Source: Gemmatales bacterium
GTDB lineage: Bacteria > Planctomycetota > Planctomycetia > Gemmatales > HRBIN36
DNA: 64,000 bases
Assembly: GCA_041640595.1 (NCBI GenBank)
Contig: JBEPZY010000002.1
Location: 564,651-628,650 of the forward strand
Reading direction: 5' to 3'
Each line of letters opens with the position of its first letter. The stretch's first letter is position 1. The notes under the pieces were generated by a model. It did no database searches, was not told the DNA's origin, and was given only the letters and a program-made list of their open reading frames with translations. The position numbers and the translations under genes were made by a program. Shown here piece by piece: positions 59,967-64,000 of the stretch.

Positions 59967-61922
59967 CTAGCCGGGAACCATCAGCGTAAACGGCCAGACA
60001 TACGCTTGCAGCAGAGTCATGCACCCCACGATCGCCGCCAGGATGATGCTGTGCCAGACCACCGCTTTGAAAATGTCCGCCTCCCGCCCGATCTGATGCG
60101 TGGCAGCGGTGGCAACACAAATGCTCTGGGCGTCAATCATCTTGCCCATGACGCCTCCGGTACTGTTGGCGGTGCAGATCAAAACCTGCGTCTGTTCCCG
60201 GGTCAAATGGGCAAACGCTTCGGGATGGTGCGTGTAAAGCTCGTTGGCCGTGATCTTTTGCAGGCTGCCAAATAGCGCGTTGCTCCCGGCATCGGTCCCG
60301 GTCAGGAAAACGCCGAGCCAGCCCAAAATCGCCGCAAAAAACGGATACAGGATTCCCGTGCTGGCAAAGGCTACTCCCAGCGTGGCATCCATCCCGGCGT
60401 AGCGTGTCACGTAACTCAAACCAAGCATCAGGGCGATGGTCGGAATGGGAATCTTCATCTGGAAACAGGTGCGGCGAAAGACGGAGAGGATCTGCGTAGC
60501 GTTCATACGCAGCAACAGCATGGAAATACAGGCAGCCACGAAAACAGCTGTTCCCGGCGCTGTCAACCAGGCGAAATTGAACTGAGCACGTTCCGGTTTG
60601 GGAGCCAGACGCTCGGCAAGCAACAGCGTTGGTGCTAATTCCACTCCGGTGGGTGAAAGGGCAACTGGAACCAGTTGCCCCACGCTCAGCGCTGCCGCCT
60701 GTTCCGCCCGCACTAAATGCAGACGGGGATCGCGGTGCACCTGGTTGTCCAGACCAGGGATGGGGATCAGGTAGTTGGTTTGCCATTTACTGTCCGGGCC
60801 ACCGATCTTGACCGGCCCTTTGCCTTCCATTTGCCTGACAATGCCGGTCAGCATGAGCAAGACCGACATGATGGCGAACGGTGTCCAGGCGAGGGCAATT
60901 TTGCCGGCACTCAGCGGCGTGTGCTCCGGATTGGATGGATTCGAGGCAGGGGAATTACCGGCAGTATGGCCCGGCGGATCGACGCCGACCAGTGCAGCGG
61001 CCTCGCTCGCGCTGGCCAGTTTCGGCACATCGTGCCCGACCGATAAAGCTGCCGGTCGTCCCTGACCGTCGTAATGCCACTCCCGCCGTGGCTTCCAGAA
61101 CTTCAGGAAAATCGCGGTTACTATCAGCGAGAAAATCCCGCCACCAATGTCGGTCATCGGCCACATTTCTACGCCGGTCCACAGATGAAACGTCGCGAAG
61201 GTGTACTGGAACAGGGCGAAGGAAATGCCAGCGACAGCAATTGCCGGAAGCACCTCGAAGGTCTCTTTCCAGCCGCACATACACCGCACCATCCACAAAG
61301 GAATGATGCACGAAAGCAACGGTAGCTGATGCCCCGCCATGACGCTGAGCTGGTGTCCGGGCAAATCGGTCACGCCGTTGAGGACAATGATCGGCGTGCC
61401 CAGTCCGCCGTAGGCCACCGGCGAGGTATTGGCGATCAGACACAGCACCGCCGCCAGAAATGGGTCGAAACCGAGCCCGACCATAATCGCCCCGCAGATG
61501 GCCACGGGTGTTCCTCCACCTGCTGCTCCTTCCAGAAACGCGCCGAAACTAAACCCGATGAGCACTGCCTGAATGCGGGCATCGGCAGAAAGTCCGGCCA
61601 CCGATCGGCGAATGATGGCGAACTGGCCGGTTTCCACCGTGATGTTGTAAAGCAACATGGCGTTGAAGATCGTCCAGCCGACTGGCAACATGCCGAAGAG
61701 TACCCCATGAACAAAGGAAGCCAGCGCCATCGGGGCCGGCATGCCGTAAATGGTAATCGCCACCACCAGGGCCGTGATCGCCCCGCCCAGTCCGGCTTTC
61801 GGTGCCAGCCAGCGCATCGGTACCAGCAACCAGAACAGCACCAGCACCGGCAGCCCCGCAAAAAAAGTGGATAGCCAGGCGTTGTGCAATGGGTCGAGGT
61901 TCTGCTGATAAGCCAGCAACAT
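59967..61922 (-). CDS. lctP: L-lactate permease
   Basis: FGAFLEGAAGGGTP, ANTSPVAYG, GVFLTGTD..SN and GKMI motifs. Confidence 0.93.
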   Translation of the reverse strand: MLLAYQQNLDPLHNAWLSTFFAGLPVLVLFWLLVPMRWLAPKAGLGGAITALVVAITIYGMPAPMALASFVHGVLFGMLPVGWTIFNAMLLYNITVETGQFAIIRRSVAGLSADARIQAVLIGFSFGAFLEGAAGGGTPVAICGAIMVGLGFDPFLAAVLCLIANTSPVAYGGLGTPIIVLNGVTDLPGHQLSVMAGHQLPLLSCIIPLWMVRCMCGWKETFEVLPAIAVAGISFALFQYTFATFHLWTGVEMWPMTDIGGGIFSLIVTAIFLKFWKPRREWHYDGQGRPAALSVGHDVPKLASASEAAALVGVDPPGHTAGNSPASNPSNPEHTPLSAGKIALAWTPFAIMSVLLMLTGIVRQMEGKGPVKIGGPDSKWQTNYLIPIPGLDNQVHRDPRLHLVRAEQAAALSVGQLVPVALSPTGVELAPTLLLAERLAPKPERAQFNFAWLTAPGTAVFVAACISMLLLRMNATQILSVFRRTCFQMKIPIPTIALMLGLSYVTRYAGMDATLGVAFASTGILYPFFAAILGWLGVFLTGTDAGSNALFGSLQKITANELYTHHPEAFAHLTREQTQVLICTANSTGGVMGKMIDAQSICVATAATHQIGREADIFKAVVWHSIILAAIVGCMTLLQAYVWPFTLMVPG

Positions 61923-62222
61923 ACCGGCACTCCCGTTCAGGCCATAAGTTGCCGCAATCTTACGATTTTTGGGGCCAGTGCGTAGCCCCCGGTGCCGGTT
62001 TTGCTATGTTTAGCTGCCGTCGTTGCATACAAGCGGAAGGCACGCAGCTAGGCTTGAACTACGCAATTTGCCAACCAGGTCGAAAAGCTGTTCCGGCCTC
62101 GTGTTGCCGTGACCTGTGCTTGACCCGAGCATCGGGTCGAACGGACCTTTCCTGGCAGTTCATCATTGGCTTGACGAAAGCCGTGGCGGTGCGGGAAAAT
62201 TTTGAGGGCCAGGGGGCGGAAC

Positions 62223-63380
62223 ATGAAAATTCGGAAACTCATCCTGAAGAACTGGAAAAACTTTGCGACCGTCGAGGTCGAAATTCCCGACCGTCTGTTT
62301 CTCGTCGGGCCAAACGCTTCCGGCAAGTCGAATTTTTTGGATGCCTTTCGGTTCCTGCGTGATCTGGCTTCGTCGGGTGGTGGCTTGCAGGAGGCGGTGC
62401 GCCGTCGAGGGGGTGTCAGCGCGATCCGTTGTCTGGCTGCCCGGCGTGAATCGGACATCGAGCTGGGCGTCGAAATCGAGCAATCCTCGGCGGGCAAGCA
62501 ATCGTCGGAGGGCAAAAGGTGGCTCTATGAAGTCGCCTTCAATCAGGATAAACAGGGTCGGCCCATCCTGCAGAAGGAGCGTGTCTTGCAAAATGGGCAA
62601 ACGTTACTGGATCGGCCGAATAGCGAGGACCGTTCTGACCCTGAGCTGTTGACGCAGACCCATCTGGAGCAAATCCATGTCAACCGGGACTTCCGCGAGA
62701 TTGCCACTTTTTTCGCCTCCATCCGCTACCTGCACATCGTGCCTCAACTGGTTCGCGAACCGGATCGTTCAACGGCTCGGGCCAACGATCCGTTCGGTGG
62801 TGATTTTTTGGAACAACTCGCCAGGACGCCGGAAAAAACTCGGCAGGCCCGCTTGAAAAGGATTACGGCGGTGCTCCGCATAGCCGTGCCCCAACTCCAG
62901 AAGATCGAGCTATGGCGGGATACCCGCGGAACACCGCACCTGCGCGGCAAGTACAAACACTGGCGGCCCCACGGCAAGTGGCAGACTGAAGAGCAATTTT
63001 CTGACGGCACACTTCGGCTTTTGGGCTTGCTATGGGCAGTCCTCGATGAGGGAGGGCCTTTACTGCTGGAGGAGCCGGAACTGTCCTTGCATCCGGCAGT
63101 GGTGCGCATGTTGCCTCAGATGCTGGCACGTGCCCAACGCCGTTCCAATCGCCAGATATTTCTGAGTACCCACTCACCTGACCTGCTTCATGACGAAGGA
63201 ATAGGTTGGGATGAAGTGCTGCTATTCATTCCGCAAAAAGAAGGCACCGAGGTCAAGCCAGCGGCTTGCCTGGAGGATGTTTCCCCTCTGCTCGAAGGTG
63301 GACTCTCGCTGGCGGATGCCGTCCTCCCCAAGACCGCTCCTGAACGTGCCGAGCAACTCGCCTTGTTTGGAGACAGGTGA
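62223..63380 (+). CDS. ABC-type (AAA_21/AAA_15-like) ATPase
   Basis: GPNASGKSN Walker A, SDGTLR signature, LLLLEEPE Walker B, STHS H-loop. Confidence 0.9.
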   Translation: MKIRKLILKNWKNFATVEVEIPDRLFLVGPNASGKSNFLDAFRFLRDLASSGGGLQEAVRRRGGVSAIRCLAARRESDIELGVEIEQSSAGKQSSEGKRWLYEVAFNQDKQGRPILQKERVLQNGQTLLDRPNSEDRSDPELLTQTHLEQIHVNRDFREIATFFASIRYLHIVPQLVREPDRSTARANDPFGGDFLEQLARTPEKTRQARLKRITAVLRIAVPQLQKIELWRDTRGTPHLRGKYKHWRPHGKWQTEEQFSDGTLRLLGLLWAVLDEGGPLLLEEPELSLHPAVVRMLPQMLARAQRRSNRQIFLSTHSPDLLHDEGIGWDEVLLFIPQKEGTEVKPAACLEDVSPLLEGGLSLADAVLPKTAPERAEQLALFGDR

Positions 63381-63991
63381 TAATGGCATCGCCGCCGGTT
63401 ATCGCTGCTGCCGTTGAAGGAATTGTGGACGAAGCAGTCGCTCGTCGGCTCATCCGGGAGGCAGGCGGCATCCCAGGGCCGGTTTATGGTAAGAACGGCA
63501 AACAACATTTGCGCCAGAAAATCAATGGCTACAACAACGCAGCCAGATTTGCACCCTGGCTGGTGCTGGTGGACCTGGATACCGGCGCCAGCTGTGCGCC
63601 AAGTTTGCGACAAAATTGGCTGCCTGTGTCGGCTCCATGGCTCTGTTTCCGAATCGCTGTGCCTCAAGTGGAAGCCTGGCTGTTGGCGGATGCAGAGTCG
63701 TTGGCAGCTTACCTGGGCGTCGCGAAGCGAAAAATACCCGACAATCCTGAAGCCCTCTTGGACGCCAAGACGGCGATGGTGAATCTGGCACGGGATTGCC
63801 AGCGCCGCGACATTCAACAAGACATGGTGCCTCGCCCCAGCAGTGGCCGAAAGGTTGGCCCCGCTTACACTTCGAGATTGGTCGAATACGTTGAGAACCA
63901 CTGGCAACCGGCCAGGGCTGCCCAACACGCCGATAGCTTGCGAAGAGCCATCCAGTGCCTCCAGCGCCTGGTCAGCCGCTGGGATTGTTAG
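63377..63991 (+). CDS. DUF4276-like TOPRIM-fold protein
   Basis: VEGIVD, LVDLD and EAWLLAD motifs; overlaps the ATPase stop codon. Confidence 0.72.
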   Translation: MIMASPPVIAAAVEGIVDEAVARRLIREAGGIPGPVYGKNGKQHLRQKINGYNNAARFAPWLVLVDLDTGASCAPSLRQNWLPVSAPWLCFRIAVPQVEAWLLADAESLAAYLGVAKRKIPDNPEALLDAKTAMVNLARDCQRRDIQQDMVPRPSSGRKVGPAYTSRLVEYVENHWQPARAAQHADSLRRAIQCLQRLVSRWDC

Positions 63992-64000
63992 AGACTACCA

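Overview
A GC-rich bacterial chromosomal segment, very likely Planctomycetota (probably Gemmatales). The placement is inferred from lineage-typical families: a DUF1559 prepilin, three TIGR03067 proteins, a PVC-type CxxCH dehydrogenase, and 'LExR' export-signal proteins. Most of the window is housekeeping or metabolic: dprA, PPi-type PFK, ruvB, RNase Z-like, uvsE, exbB-exbD-exbD, moxR-DUF58-transglutaminase, a B12 acyl-CoA mutase operon, clpS, rnpB, rnpA, sulfite reductase-cysH, yhaM, folP-dacA-ybbR and a lactate permease. Three regions stand out. (1) The gene-free 1.2 kb between dnaJ and the DUF1573 gene (48.9-49.8 kb) appears to hold two tandem ~420 nt structured + strand RNAs. The first has a canonical promoter and terminator, and neither matches an RNA family I can recognise. 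(2) An accessory cassette at 19.6-22.5 kb has a strong promoter and RBS feeding an ORF whose (CA)7 tract puts a planctomycete export signal out of frame. It is followed by secreted-protein remnants alternating with three divergent TIGR03067 genes, resembling a phase-variable effector/partner (toxin/immunity-like) locus. (3) An ABC-ATPase + TOPRIM-like (DUF4276) pair at the window end may be an antiphage system. All calls come from reading motifs by eye; no database searches or folding calculations were run.
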